A stretch of 64,000 bases of DNA, from contig DASVXQ010000058.1 in the NCBI GenBank assembly GCA_036392615.1, forward strand, positions 2,123 through 66,122, read 5' to 3'. The stretch comes from Actinomycetes bacterium. Lineage in GTDB: Bacteria; Actinomycetota; CALGFH01. The translations under genes were made by a program, and so were the position numbers. Under the pieces are notes generated by a model. The model did no database searches and was not told the origin of the DNA. It saw only the letters and a program-made list of their open reading frames with translations. Shown here one piece after another: positions 53,564 to 61,973 of this stretch; the first letter of the stretch is position 1, and each line of letters begins with the position of its first letter.

Positions 53564-54409
53564 ATGAAGACGATCTGGAAGGGCGCGATCTCGTTCGGGC
53601 TGGTAACCATTCCGGTCAAGCTCTACGGCGCCACCGAGGAGAAGAGCCTGCGGTTCAACCAGATCCACGAGAAGGACGGCGGCCGGATCAAGTACAAGCG
53701 CGTCTGCTCGGCGGACGGCGAAGAGGTGCCCTACGGCGAGATCGTCAAGGGCTACGAATACGAGAAGGACCACTACGTCACCCTGACCGACGAGGAACTG
53801 GACGCCCTGCCGGTCTCCACCGCCCGGGCGATCGAGATCGAGCGCTTCGTCGACTCGGAGCAGATCGACCCGATCTACTTCCAGCGGTCCTATTACCTGG
53901 TGCCCGACGGCACCGGGGCCAAGGCCTACCACCTCCTGCGCGAGGCGATGAGCGACGACGACAAGGTCGCGGTCGCCAAGGTCGCCTTCCGCGACAAGGA
54001 GCACCTCGCCACCGTGCGGCTGCGCGAGAACGTGCTGATGCTCGAGACGATGTTCTGGCCGGACGAGATCCGCGAGGCGAGCTTCGACGAGCTGGACGAG
54101 GACGTCGAGCTGCGGCCGCAGGAGCTCAAGATGGCCCGCAGCCTGATCGACAGCCTCACCGACGACTTCGAGCCCAAGGACTTCCACGACGAGTACCGTG
54201 CCGCGCTCGAGGACCTGATCAGCAAGAAGGTCCAGGGCGAGGAGATCACCTACGCCGAGCCGGCGGAGCCCTCCAAGGTGGTCGACCTGATGGACGCGTT
54301 GCGCGCCAGCGTCGAGGCCGCCCAGGCCAGCAGGCCCGCCGCGCGGAGCGGCGGCTCCCGCGGCAAGTCGCGCACCTCCACCCGCCGCAGGAAGGCCGCC
54401 GGGGAGTAG
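53564..54409 (+). CDS. ku: Ku protein (NHEJ DNA end-binding)
   Basis: MKTIWKGAISFGLVTIPVKLYGATEE... is the canonical bacterial Ku N-terminus. Basic C-terminal tail. RBS AGGAG. Confidence 0.93.
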   Translation: MKTIWKGAISFGLVTIPVKLYGATEEKSLRFNQIHEKDGGRIKYKRVCSADGEEVPYGEIVKGYEYEKDHYVTLTDEELDALPVSTARAIEIERFVDSEQIDPIYFQRSYYLVPDGTGAKAYHLLREAMSDDDKVAVAKVAFRDKEHLATVRLRENVLMLETMFWPDEIREASFDELDEDVELRPQELKMARSLIDSLTDDFEPKDFHDEYRAALEDLISKKVQGEEITYAEPAEPSKVVDLMDALRASVEAAQASRPAARSGGSRGKSRTSTRRRKAAGE

Positions 54410-54458
54410 GGGCGGCCGATTCGGAGGCTCCCCGGGGTGCGCGGGGCGGGGCCCGCCG

Positions 54459-55634
54459 TCAGGGGCTCCGGCCGGATGCCTCCCCACCCTCGCCGTCGGC
54501 GTTGTCGTGCGGGGCGGGCCGCCCGTGGCCGGTGGTGCGCATGCCGTGGCGCATGGCCCACTCTCTGGGTGGCTCCGCCTCCTCCAGGGACTGCTTGGCC
54601 AGCTCGCGGAGCTGCTCGCTGCCCCGCACCCGCACGCCGAACTCGGCGCGCAGCGACAGGTAGGCCAGGCCGCCGATCGGGATCGGCAGCCAGAAGTTCA
54701 GCACCCGGTAGCTGATCACGCCGAGCAGCGCGATGTCCCTCGGGGTGCCGAAGCCGACCAGCGTCGAGGTCAGCACGAACTCCACCACGCCCAGGCCCGA
54801 CGGGGTGATCGGCAGCACCGCCAGCACGTTGGCGAGGCCGTAGGCGACCAGCAGGTCGTCGACGCGCACCCAGTGCCCGAAGGCGCCCACGAACACCCAC
54901 AGCGAGGCGGCGTCGAGCAGCCAGTTGGCCGCGGCCCAGCCGATCGCCCGCCCCACCAGCGCCCGGTCGGCGACCAGCGCGCGCAGCCGGCCGGCGAACC
55001 GCCGGGTGATCGCCACCACCTGGTCGGGGTCGAGCAGCGGCAGCCGCGCCGCCGCGGCCCGCAGCACCTTGACCGAGCCCTCCTCGCCGCGCATCAGCAG
55101 CACCACCACGGTGGCGAAGGCGGCGATCAGCAGCGCGCCCAACACACCGGCTGTGCCGTACAACGGGTTGTAGCCGTGCAGCGGGATCGAGGCCACCAGG
55201 CCGAGCCAGAGCAGCAGGTTCAGCACCACCGCCGAGCCGACGCCCTGGGTGGCCAGGGCGAAGGCGGTGTCGGTGCCCGACAGCCCCGCCTCGGTGAGCA
55301 GCCGGTAGCCCAGTGCCCCGCCGGCCGCGGTCCCGCCGGGCACCACGTGGCTCACGGCCAGCGTCGAGAACTGCGTGCGCAGCAGCACGTCGAAGCGCGG
55401 GTGCGGCCTGCCGCGCGGAAGGACCGACCTGGTCAGCTGCGTGTAGGCCATGATCGAGGCGATCTCCAGCAGCGAGGCGAGCAGCAGCCAGCGCCAGTCC
55501 ACCTGGCCGAGGCGGTAGACCGCCCGGTGCACGCCGGCGATCTGCGGTACCAGGAAGTGGATGATCACGAAGGCGCCGAGCAGCAACAGCACCACGCGCC
55601 TGACAGGGACCGGGACGGTGGTCTGCGTGCGCAC
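54459..55634 (-). CDS. Flippase-like / lysylphosphatidylglycerol-synthase TM-region family (UPF0104) membrane protein
   Basis: About 8 TM segments, and ...VLAVLPITPSGLGVVE... is the LPG_synthase_TM signature. GTG 55634 lies 2 nt after the upstream stop. The rest of the 1034 aa track ORF is spurious. Confidence 0.78.
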   Translation of the reverse strand: MRTQTTVPVPVRRVVLLLLGAFVIIHFLVPQIAGVHRAVYRLGQVDWRWLLLASLLEIASIMAYTQLTRSVLPRGRPHPRFDVLLRTQFSTLAVSHVVPGGTAAGGALGYRLLTEAGLSGTDTAFALATQGVGSAVVLNLLLWLGLVASIPLHGYNPLYGTAGVLGALLIAAFATVVVLLMRGEEGSVKVLRAAAARLPLLDPDQVVAITRRFAGRLRALVADRALVGRAIGWAAANWLLDAASLWVFVGAFGHWVRVDDLLVAYGLANVLAVLPITPSGLGVVEFVLTSTLVGFGTPRDIALLGVISYRVLNFWLPIPIGGLAYLSLRAEFGVRVRGSEQLRELAKQSLEEAEPPREWAMRHGMRTTGHGRPAPHDNADGEGGEASGRSP

Positions 55635-55636
55635 CG

Positions 55637-56854
55637 CTACGCTCCCGGCCCGGGCGGCTCGCTGCCGAGCCGGGCCAGCAGCCCGGCCAGCAGGGCGGTC
55701 CTCGGTACCAGGCTGTCCAGGTCCAGCCATTCGCTGGGGCCGTGCGCCTCCCCGCCAATCGGCGCCAGGCCGTCGATGGTCGGCAGGCCGGCCGCGGCGG
55801 TGGTGTTGGCGTCGCCGGCCCCGCCGGTCGCGGTGTGGCCGATCTCGAAGCCGAGACCGTGCGCGACCCGCTGCGCCTCCGCCACCAGGGCGAGCACCTC
55901 CGGGGTGCGCTCCATCGGCGGATGGCGGTGCAGCAGCCGCAGCTCCGCGGACGTGCCCGGGACCGTCCCCTCCGCCACGATCCGGGCGACCGCCGCCAGC
56001 GCCCGCTCGAAGTCGTCGCTGCGGATGGCGCGCAGGTCCAGCTCGAGCACGGCGGCGCCGGCCACCACGTTGGGGCGGGTGCCGGCGCGGACCGTGCCGA
56101 CGTTGCAGGTCACGCCCTGCCAGCGGCGGTTCAGGCCGTGCAGCGCGATGGTCTTGTGGGCCGCCTCCAGCGCCGCGCTGGCACCCCTCTCCGGCCGCAC
56201 GCCGGCGTGCACCGCCACGCCGGCGACGCGGACCTCCAGCGCGGCGATGCCCTTGCGGGCCGAGACCAGGTCGCCGTTGGTGCGCGCCGCCTCGAGCCCG
56301 ATGGCGACGTCGTGCTCGGCCGCCAGCTCGCGGATGACCGCCTTGCTGAACGGCGAGCCGATCTCCTCGTCCGGCGAGAAGATCACGGTGATCCGTTCGA
56401 AGTCGTCGAAGCCGGCGTGGTCGCACAGCACCTCGACGGCTTCGACGCCGGTCACCACCCCGGCCTTGTCGTCGGTCACGCCGGGGCCGTAGGCGCGCCG
56501 GCCCTCGGTGCGGAACGGCTGCGCGGCCGCCTCGCCCTCGTCGAACACCGTGTCCATGTGCGCCAGCAGCAGCAGGCGCCGGCCGCCGGCCCCGCTCGAC
56601 AGGCCGCCCTGGCGCCGGCCGATCAGCACGTCGCCGAGCAACGGCTCCCCGGGGGCCGGGTGGTGCGGGCGCCGCTCGACCTGCCAGCCGCCCGAGCGCA
56701 GGTCGCGCTCGACCAGGTCGGCGACGCGGTTCACGCCGTCCGGGGTGAAGGATCCCGAGTCCTGGTTCACGATCTGCTCGATCCGCGCGACGGCGCCCTG
56801 GTACCGCCGCTGCAACAGAGGCAGAAGCGCTTGGGGGTCGGCGCGAGGGTCCAT
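55637..56854 (-). CDS. M20-family metallopeptidase (glutamate carboxypeptidase-like)
   Basis: ...LLLAHMDTVF..., GPGVTDDKAG, ...SPDEEIGSP... and ...GGEAHGPSEW are M20 metal ligand motifs. Confidence 0.85.
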   Translation of the reverse strand: MDPRADPQALLPLLQRRYQGAVARIEQIVNQDSGSFTPDGVNRVADLVERDLRSGGWQVERRPHHPAPGEPLLGDVLIGRRQGGLSSGAGGRRLLLLAHMDTVFDEGEAAAQPFRTEGRRAYGPGVTDDKAGVVTGVEAVEVLCDHAGFDDFERITVIFSPDEEIGSPFSKAVIRELAAEHDVAIGLEAARTNGDLVSARKGIAALEVRVAGVAVHAGVRPERGASAALEAAHKTIALHGLNRRWQGVTCNVGTVRAGTRPNVVAGAAVLELDLRAIRSDDFERALAAVARIVAEGTVPGTSAELRLLHRHPPMERTPEVLALVAEAQRVAHGLGFEIGHTATGGAGDANTTAAAGLPTIDGLAPIGGEAHGPSEWLDLDSLVPRTALLAGLLARLGSEPPGPGA

Positions 56855-56968
56855 GAGCTTGGGCCAAGTATAGTGAGGCCCAGCCGTTGTCCCTGGTGGG
56901 CGGCCCTTCCCGCCCGGTCGTCGCCCACGCCCCTCCCCCCGGGGTCGCCACCCCTCCCGCCGGGGGCT

Positions 56969-57002
56969 TTGACAGCCGCTTGAACACGGCGACGGCTACC
57001 AT
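56969..57002 (+). promoter_or_regulatory. Direct repeat TTGACA/TTGAAC (11 bp apart) plus -10 TACCAT, 6 nt before the regulator ATG
   Basis: TTGACAGCCGC-TTGAACACGGCGACGGC-TACCAT-TTTGGT-ATG. There is no SD, so the transcript is probably leaderless or has a very short leader. Confidence 0.35.
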
Positions 57003-57008
57003 TTTGGT

Positions 57009-57692
57009 ATGCGAGTGCTGGTCGTGGAGGACGAAGTCGACCTCGCGGACGCGGTGGCGCGCGGGCTGCGGCGCGAGGGCTATGCCGTCGACGTCGCCTA
57101 TGACGGCGACGAGGCGCTGGACAAGCTGTCCGTCAACGAATACGACGTCATCTGCCTCGACCTGAACCTGCCCGGCACCGACGGGATCGAGGTGACCCGC
57201 CGCCTCCGCGAGGAGCGCCACGGCCCGACGGCGCCCCGGGTGCTCATGCTGACCGCTCGCGACCAGCCCCGGGACCGGGTCATCGGCCTCGACGAGGGCG
57301 CCGACGACTATCTCATCAAGCCATTCGACTTCGACGAGCTGAAGGCCAGGGTCCGCGCCCTGCTCCGCCGCGACGCCGGCCGCTCCGGCGCGCTGATGCG
57401 CGTCGGCGACCTGGAGCTGGACACCGCCAGGCACGAGGCCCGGCGCGCCGGCCAGGAGCTCTCGCTCACACCCAAGGAATTCTCGCTGCTGCGCTACTTC
57501 ATGTCGCGGCCCGGCCAGGTGCTCTCCCAGGAGGACCTGCTGGAGCACGTCTGGGACGAGCACGCCGATCCCTTCACCAACACCGTCCGCGTGACCGTGA
57601 TGACCCTGCGCCGCAAGCTCGGCGACGCGGGCGACGGCCAGCCGATCGAGACCGTGGTCGGCCGCGGCTACCGACTGCGGGAGGCGTCGTGA
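57009..57692 (+). CDS. OmpR/PhoB-family response regulator (MprA/CseB-like context)
   Basis: MRVLVVEDE...DVICLDLNLPGTDG... plus a winged helix (LTPKEFSLLRYFMSRPGQVLS...VVGRGYRL). It is followed by its kinase and an HtrA-like protease. Confidence 0.92.
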   Translation: MRVLVVEDEVDLADAVARGLRREGYAVDVAYDGDEALDKLSVNEYDVICLDLNLPGTDGIEVTRRLREERHGPTAPRVLMLTARDQPRDRVIGLDEGADDYLIKPFDFDELKARVRALLRRDAGRSGALMRVGDLELDTARHEARRAGQELSLTPKEFSLLRYFMSRPGQVLSQEDLLEHVWDEHADPFTNTVRVTVMTLRRKLGDAGDGQPIETVVGRGYRLREAS

Positions 57693-58927
57693 GCTCGGTG
57701 GACCACCGGCAGGTGGGCACCTGGTCCAGCAACCGCCTGCCCGAGTGGATGCGCTCGATCCGCTTCCGCTACACGCTGCTCTACTCGGGGGTCCTCTTCG
57801 GCCTGGCCGCGCTGGTCGTGGGCGCGATCTACCTGATCCTGTGGATGAGCCTGCGCGAGCCGATGTCGATCATCAACGGCAGCGTGGTCGACCACTTCAC
57901 CGGGCGGTCCTTCTCGGTCGACATCGTCACCGCGCGCCAGTTCGAGCGGCTGGTCCACCAGCAGACTCTCAACCGGCTGCGGACCTTCTCGTTCGAGGCG
58001 CTGATCGTGCTGTTCTTCGCCAGCCTGGTGGTCGGCTGGATCATCGCCGGCCGGGTGCTGGCCCCGATCGGCCGGATCACCGGGGTGGCGCGCGAGATCC
58101 AGGCCACCGACCTGTCGCGGCGCATCCGGCTCCAGGGGCCCAACGACGAGCTCAAGCAGCTCGCCGACACCTTCGACGCGATGCTCTCGCGGATCGACGC
58201 CGCCTTCGCCGCGCAGCAGCAGTTCCTCGCCGACGCCTCGCACGAGCTCCGCAACCCGCTGGCGATCATCCGGACCAACGCCGACCTGGCGCTCTCCGAC
58301 GAGAACCCTGAGGTCGACGAGCTGCGCCACACCGTGGTGGTGGTCAAGCGCGCCAGCGACCGGATGGCCAGGCTGGTCGACGACCTGCTCGCCCTGGCCC
58401 GCCGCGAGGCGCCCACCTTCGCCATCGAGCAGGTCGACCTCGGCCGCGCCGTGAGCGAGGCCAGCGAGGAGTTCATGGCGGCCGCCGAGGCGCGCGGGAT
58501 CGTGCTGGACCGCGCGATCGCGCCGGGCGTGATCGTGATGGGCGACGGCGACGCGCTCAAGCGCGCGGTCGCCAACCTGCTGGAGAACGCGGTGCGGCTG
58601 TCGCCGCCCAACTCCCGCATCCGCCTGGCGGTCGGCAGCGAGCGCTCGCTGGCGTGGGTGGCCGTCTCCGACGAGGGCCCCGGGATCGCGATCGAGGACC
58701 AGCCGAAGGTCTTCGACCGCTTCTGGCGCGCCGACAAGGGCCGTTCCAGAGCGGATGGGGGCACCGGCCTCGGCCTCTCGATCGTCCGCCAGATCGCCCA
58801 GCAGCACGGCGGCGACGTCCAGCTCCAGTCCAAGCTCGGGGTCGGCTCCACCTTCACCATCTGGCTGCCGGCCCCCAACCCCGGCAACGACCCCAACCAG
58901 CGCCTCACCTCCGGCGCCCAGCGCTGA
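57689..58927 (+). CDS. Sensor histidine kinase
   Basis: GTGA overlap with the regulator stop. Two TMs, HAMP, H-box [13 protein letters not shown], and HATPase G boxes GTGLGLSIV. Confidence 0.9.
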   Translation: MSSVDHRQVGTWSSNRLPEWMRSIRFRYTLLYSGVLFGLAALVVGAIYLILWMSLREPMSIINGSVVDHFTGRSFSVDIVTARQFERLVHQQTLNRLRTFSFEALIVLFFASLVVGWIIAGRVLAPIGRITGVAREIQATDLSRRIRLQGPNDELKQLADTFDAMLSRIDAAFAAQQQFLADASHELRNPLAIIRTNADLALSDENPEVDELRHTVVVVKRASDRMARLVDDLLALARREAPTFAIEQVDLGRAVSEASEEFMAAAEARGIVLDRAIAPGVIVMGDGDALKRAVANLLENAVRLSPPNSRIRLAVGSERSLAWVAVSDEGPGIAIEDQPKVFDRFWRADKGRSRADGGTGLGLSIVRQIAQQHGGDVQLQSKLGVGSTFTIWLPAPNPGNDPNQRLTSGAQR

Positions 58928-59050
58928 CCGCCGGGGTGGCGTCCCGCGCCGACCCGGGCCGCGCGCCGCCGCTCGCGCCTCCCGCCTCGCGCCTCGCGGT
59001 GCCGTGGCCTGCCGTGAACAGGCGCTCCGGCTGCTTTCTCCCCTCCTGGC

Positions 59051-59128
59051 GTTTACGCACCGCAACGCCTGGCTTTACGTCGCCTTGAGGGTTCGCTTAC
59101 CGATGCTTTAGTGCGCCGCGCCTACGCT
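59051..59128 (+). promoter_or_regulatory. Four phased direct repeats (c/g)TTTAC(G) at 22-22-11 bp spacing, followed by the -10-like TACGCT
   Basis: GTTTACGCAC (59051), CTTTACGTCG (59073), GCTTACCGAT (59095) and CTTTAGTGCG (59106). TACGCT lies at 59123-59128, and the ATG of the protease gene is at 59191. Confidence 0.4.
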
Positions 59129-59190
59129 CGATGCAGACAGACGAGCAAGACCTCGTCAGCGAGCGAACCGTCGTTCAGGAGGCAGTTGGA

Positions 59191-60705
59191 ATGTCGAGCT
59201 CCGACATGTGGCGACCCCGGCCGACCTCCCCCAACGCTTCGCCCGACGCTTTGGACGAGCAGCCCGCCGCCCGGGGCGAGCCCGACCGCGACGCGACCGC
59301 GCCGATCGACCAGCGCTCGATCCAGCAGGGCTCGCCCCGCCAGGACCCGGGCGTCGACAGCGGTTGGCGGACCGGTACCTCCCCTTGGAGCGGTCCAGGC
59401 GGATCGAACTGGAGCGGCGACGCTCCGACGAGCTGGGGTCAGGGCGGCGCCGGGAGCGGCTGGAGCGGGGCGGGACCGGGCGGCGGCCCGTCCACTCCGG
59501 CCCCCGGTGCCCCCGGCCCCGGTCCCGGGTCGACCACCATGACCGAGCCTCGGCCATGGGCGTCGGGCGCCGGCGCGCCCCAATGGGTCGACGCCGAGAC
59601 CCGGCCGATCCCGGACCCGGCCGGGGCCGGCCCGTCCTGGGGTGGGCCGGTCCCCGCCAGCGGCCAGCGTCCGCCGCGGCGCGGCAGCTCCCGTCTGGTG
59701 GCCGCCGTGCTCGCGGTGCTCCTGCTGCTCGGCGCCGGCTACGGCCTGGGGCAGCTGCGCGACCGGTCCAACGCCAGCGCCTCGGGGAACGCGCCCGGCA
59801 CGCCGGTCGCGGTCAACTCGGCGCAGATCAAGGGTGGCGACGAGCCGGTCGCCTCGGTGGCCAAGGCGTTGCTGCCGACGGTGGTGCAGCTGGAGACCGA
59901 CCAGGGGCTGGGCTCCGGCGTGATCTACGACAAGAACGGCTACATCCTCACCGCCGCGCACGTGGTGCAGGGCGCCAACCAGGTGACCGTCCGGCTGGCC
60001 GACGGCACCAAGCTCAACGGCCGCGTGCTCGGCACCGACGACGGGACCGACATCGGCGTGGTCAAGGTCGACCGCAACGATCTCCAGCCGGCGGCGCTCG
60101 GGCTGAAGGTGCCGCTCCAGGTTGGCCAGATGGCTGTGGCGATCGGCAGCCCCTTCGGGCTCGAGGGCAGCGTCACCTCCGGCGTCGTCAGCGCGGTCAA
60201 CCGTAGCCTGCCCAACCCGGACAACGGCTCGGTGCTCGAGGTCCTGCAGACCGACGCGCCGATCAACCCCGGCAACTCCGGCGGCGCCCTGGCTGACCGC
60301 GAGGCCAGGGTCATCGGCATCAACGACTCGATCCGCTCGGAGTCGGGCGGCAACGAGGGCATCGGCTTCGCGATCCCGATCGACATCGCCGCGGCCTCGG
60401 CCGCCCGGATCGTGAACGGGCAGGCGACCGACTCGGGCTACCTCGGGGTGAGTGGCACCGACCCGGCCATCGGCAGGGCCGGCGCGCTGGTGAACGAGGT
60501 GGCCGGCGGTGGTCCCGCGGCCAAGGCCGGGCTCCAGGTCGGCGACCTGATCATCAGTGTCAACGGCAAGGGCGTGCAGAGCATGGACGACCTGGCAGCG
60601 CAGATCCGGCTCCTCGGACCGGGCCAGAAGGTGCAGCTCGGAGTGGTCCGAGGTGGTCAGCGACAGACCATCACAGCGACGTTGACAAAGCGGCCAAACG
60701 AATGA
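59191..60705 (+). CDS. HtrA/PepD-like S1C serine protease with PDZ domain and Pro/Gly/Trp-rich N-terminal region
   Basis: ATG 59191 follows AGGAGG. TM segment LVAAVLAVLLLLGAG, catalytic triad context TAAHVV...DIGVVKV...GNSGGAL, and a C-terminal PDZ (GLQVGDLIISVNG). Confidence 0.9.
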   Translation: MSSSDMWRPRPTSPNASPDALDEQPAARGEPDRDATAPIDQRSIQQGSPRQDPGVDSGWRTGTSPWSGPGGSNWSGDAPTSWGQGGAGSGWSGAGPGGGPSTPAPGAPGPGPGSTTMTEPRPWASGAGAPQWVDAETRPIPDPAGAGPSWGGPVPASGQRPPRRGSSRLVAAVLAVLLLLGAGYGLGQLRDRSNASASGNAPGTPVAVNSAQIKGGDEPVASVAKALLPTVVQLETDQGLGSGVIYDKNGYILTAAHVVQGANQVTVRLADGTKLNGRVLGTDDGTDIGVVKVDRNDLQPAALGLKVPLQVGQMAVAIGSPFGLEGSVTSGVVSAVNRSLPNPDNGSVLEVLQTDAPINPGNSGGALADREARVIGINDSIRSESGGNEGIGFAIPIDIAAASAARIVNGQATDSGYLGVSGTDPAIGRAGALVNEVAGGGPAAKAGLQVGDLIISVNGKGVQSMDDLAAQIRLLGPGQKVQLGVVRGGQRQTITATLTKRPNE

Positions 60706-60740
60706 TGAGATGTGGCCCACAGTCAGTAGCCCACACGGAC

Positions 60741-60769
60741 TAGACAGTGCCGACCGAGTCTGGTAGTTT
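60741..60769 (+). promoter_or_regulatory. Candidate promoter in the htrA-nuclease intergenic region (-35 TAGACA, 17 nt, -10 TAGTTT)
   Basis: Hexamers lie at 60741-60746 and 60764-60769. Pattern match only. Confidence 0.25.
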
Positions 60770-61003
60770 GGCCGGTAACGATTTGGAATCAAGGCCAGCA
60801 CGAACCGGAATGACCGGCGTACTGTTTGAAGACGCGAACACGGAACTGATTCAGAGCGGCGCTGGGGGGCGCTCATCAGGATCACTTCCGCCCGCATGAC
60901 GGCCGGGGCCGTCGAGCCTCGGCCGGGAGGACACGGGAGGCGCGGGAAGCACGTTCGCGACGCGACGGCCGCGCCGTCCGGCTGTGAGGACCGGTGGTTG
61001 GGG

Positions 61004-61041
61004 GACTGCCGGGACCCCGCCGGGCGGCAGGCCGTCTTTTT
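61004..61041 (+). terminator. Candidate intrinsic terminator (GC hairpin plus T5)
   Basis: GAC-CTGCCG...CGGCAG-GCC-GTC followed by TTTTT (61037-61041). A T5 run is rare in this GC-rich context. Confidence 0.35.
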
Positions 61042-61082
61042 GGGCCGATCCGGTCCGCCGGCGCGTCTGTATTGAAGTTGAT

Positions 61083-61142
61083 TTTCCCGCTATTTTGGCT
61101 ATTTCCCCGCGCGGATAACTCCTTTCCCGCTTCGTGTCCCGC
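61083..61142 (+). repeat. Periodic TTTCCCGC-type octamer array (4 copies; spacings about 20, 21 and 14 bp)
   Basis: TTTCCCGC at 61083, TTTCCCCGC at 61102, TTTCCCGC at 61123, and (G)TGTCCCGC at 61135-61142. Confidence 0.6.
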
Positions 61143-61191
61143 GCCTGGGGGACGCAATCCGTAGTCCCCTAGGCACCGCCCCGAATCGCCA

Positions 61192-61803
61192 CTACGGCGG
61201 CCGCCCTGCCCACAGCCCCCGGTTGGCCACCCGCGCCTCCTCGACCAGATCGCGGAACAGCCCGGCGTAGCTCACGTCGGGCGGGATGGTGATCAGCCGC
61301 GCGTAGCCCTCGGCCGCCAGCAGCGCGTTCCAGAAGGTCCCGTCGGGCAGCCAGACGTAGGCGAGCAGCCGCCCGTAGCGGTCGCGCGGCTCGACGTCGC
61401 CCTCCAGGCGGACGGTGCGGTCGGAGAGCATGCGCTTGGCGAAGCCCGATGCCTCCCTGCCATACGGCTGCACCGGCCGGTCGGGGTCCACCGTCTCCGG
61501 TGTGTCGACGCCGATCAGGCGGATGCGCTCGCTCCGCCCGGCGACCGCGGCGACGAAGGTGTCACCGTCCACCACCCGCTCGACCCGCGCCGCGACCGCC
61601 TCGGGCGGCGCCGGCGGCCAGGACGCCCGCTCGGCCGGAGTGGTCGCCAGCCGCGGCGCCTGCCCCGGCCGGCAGCCGGCCAGCAGCAGGACGGCGAGGA
61701 TCGCGGCCAGCATGGACAGCCAGATCCGCGCGACCCGGGCGCCGGGTCGCGTCGCAGTCCGGTCCGGCCGTGCCGGCGGTCGCGGGTCGTTCGTGGCGGA
61801 CAT
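61192..61803 (-). CDS. Thermonuclease (staphylococcal nuclease-like) lipoprotein
   Basis: From ATG 61803. Lipobox LLLAGC and SNase motifs VVDGDTF...IRLIGVDTPE...YGREA...DRYGRLLAYV. Confidence 0.85.
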   Translation of the reverse strand: MSATNDPRPPARPDRTATRPGARVARIWLSMLAAILAVLLLAGCRPGQAPRLATTPAERASWPPAPPEAVAARVERVVDGDTFVAAVAGRSERIRLIGVDTPETVDPDRPVQPYGREASGFAKRMLSDRTVRLEGDVEPRDRYGRLLAYVWLPDGTFWNALLAAEGYARLITIPPDVSYAGLFRDLVEEARVANRGLWAGRPP

Positions 61804-61973
61804 GCGCGGAGCATAGAGACCGCCGGAAGCCGTCGTCCCGGGCTGTCCACACCCCCCGCGAAGCCCCTTGCGGCGCGGGGACCGCGCCTCCGGCAGCATG
61901 GCCGAGCTCTGATTGACAAGGGGGGTGTGGACGACCCGCAACGGCCGTCCCGGGCGGTCGTTAGGATCGGGGC

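Noticed and set aside
54459-57563. 1034 aa minus-strand ORF as a single giant gene
   Set aside because: Only the last 391 aa (54459-55634) have membrane-protein character. The upstream part is Arg/Gly/Pro junk running through the M20 peptidase gene (different frame) and antisense to the response regulator.
60995-61045. Resemblance of GGGACTGCCG...CCGCCGGGCGGC to ZTP (pfl) riboswitch conserved segments
   Set aside because: The P1/P2 helices and linker are missing, the match is only partial, and no purine or folate gene (indeed no gene at all) lies downstream on that strand. It is better explained as a terminator hairpin.
61083-61142. Iteron/DnaA-box (TTATCCGCG on the minus strand at 61111-61119) suggesting a replication origin
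   Set aside because: There is only a single degenerate DnaA-like box, no AT-rich unwinding element, and no dnaA/dnaN or rep gene context. The region is retained only as an unexplained repeat array.
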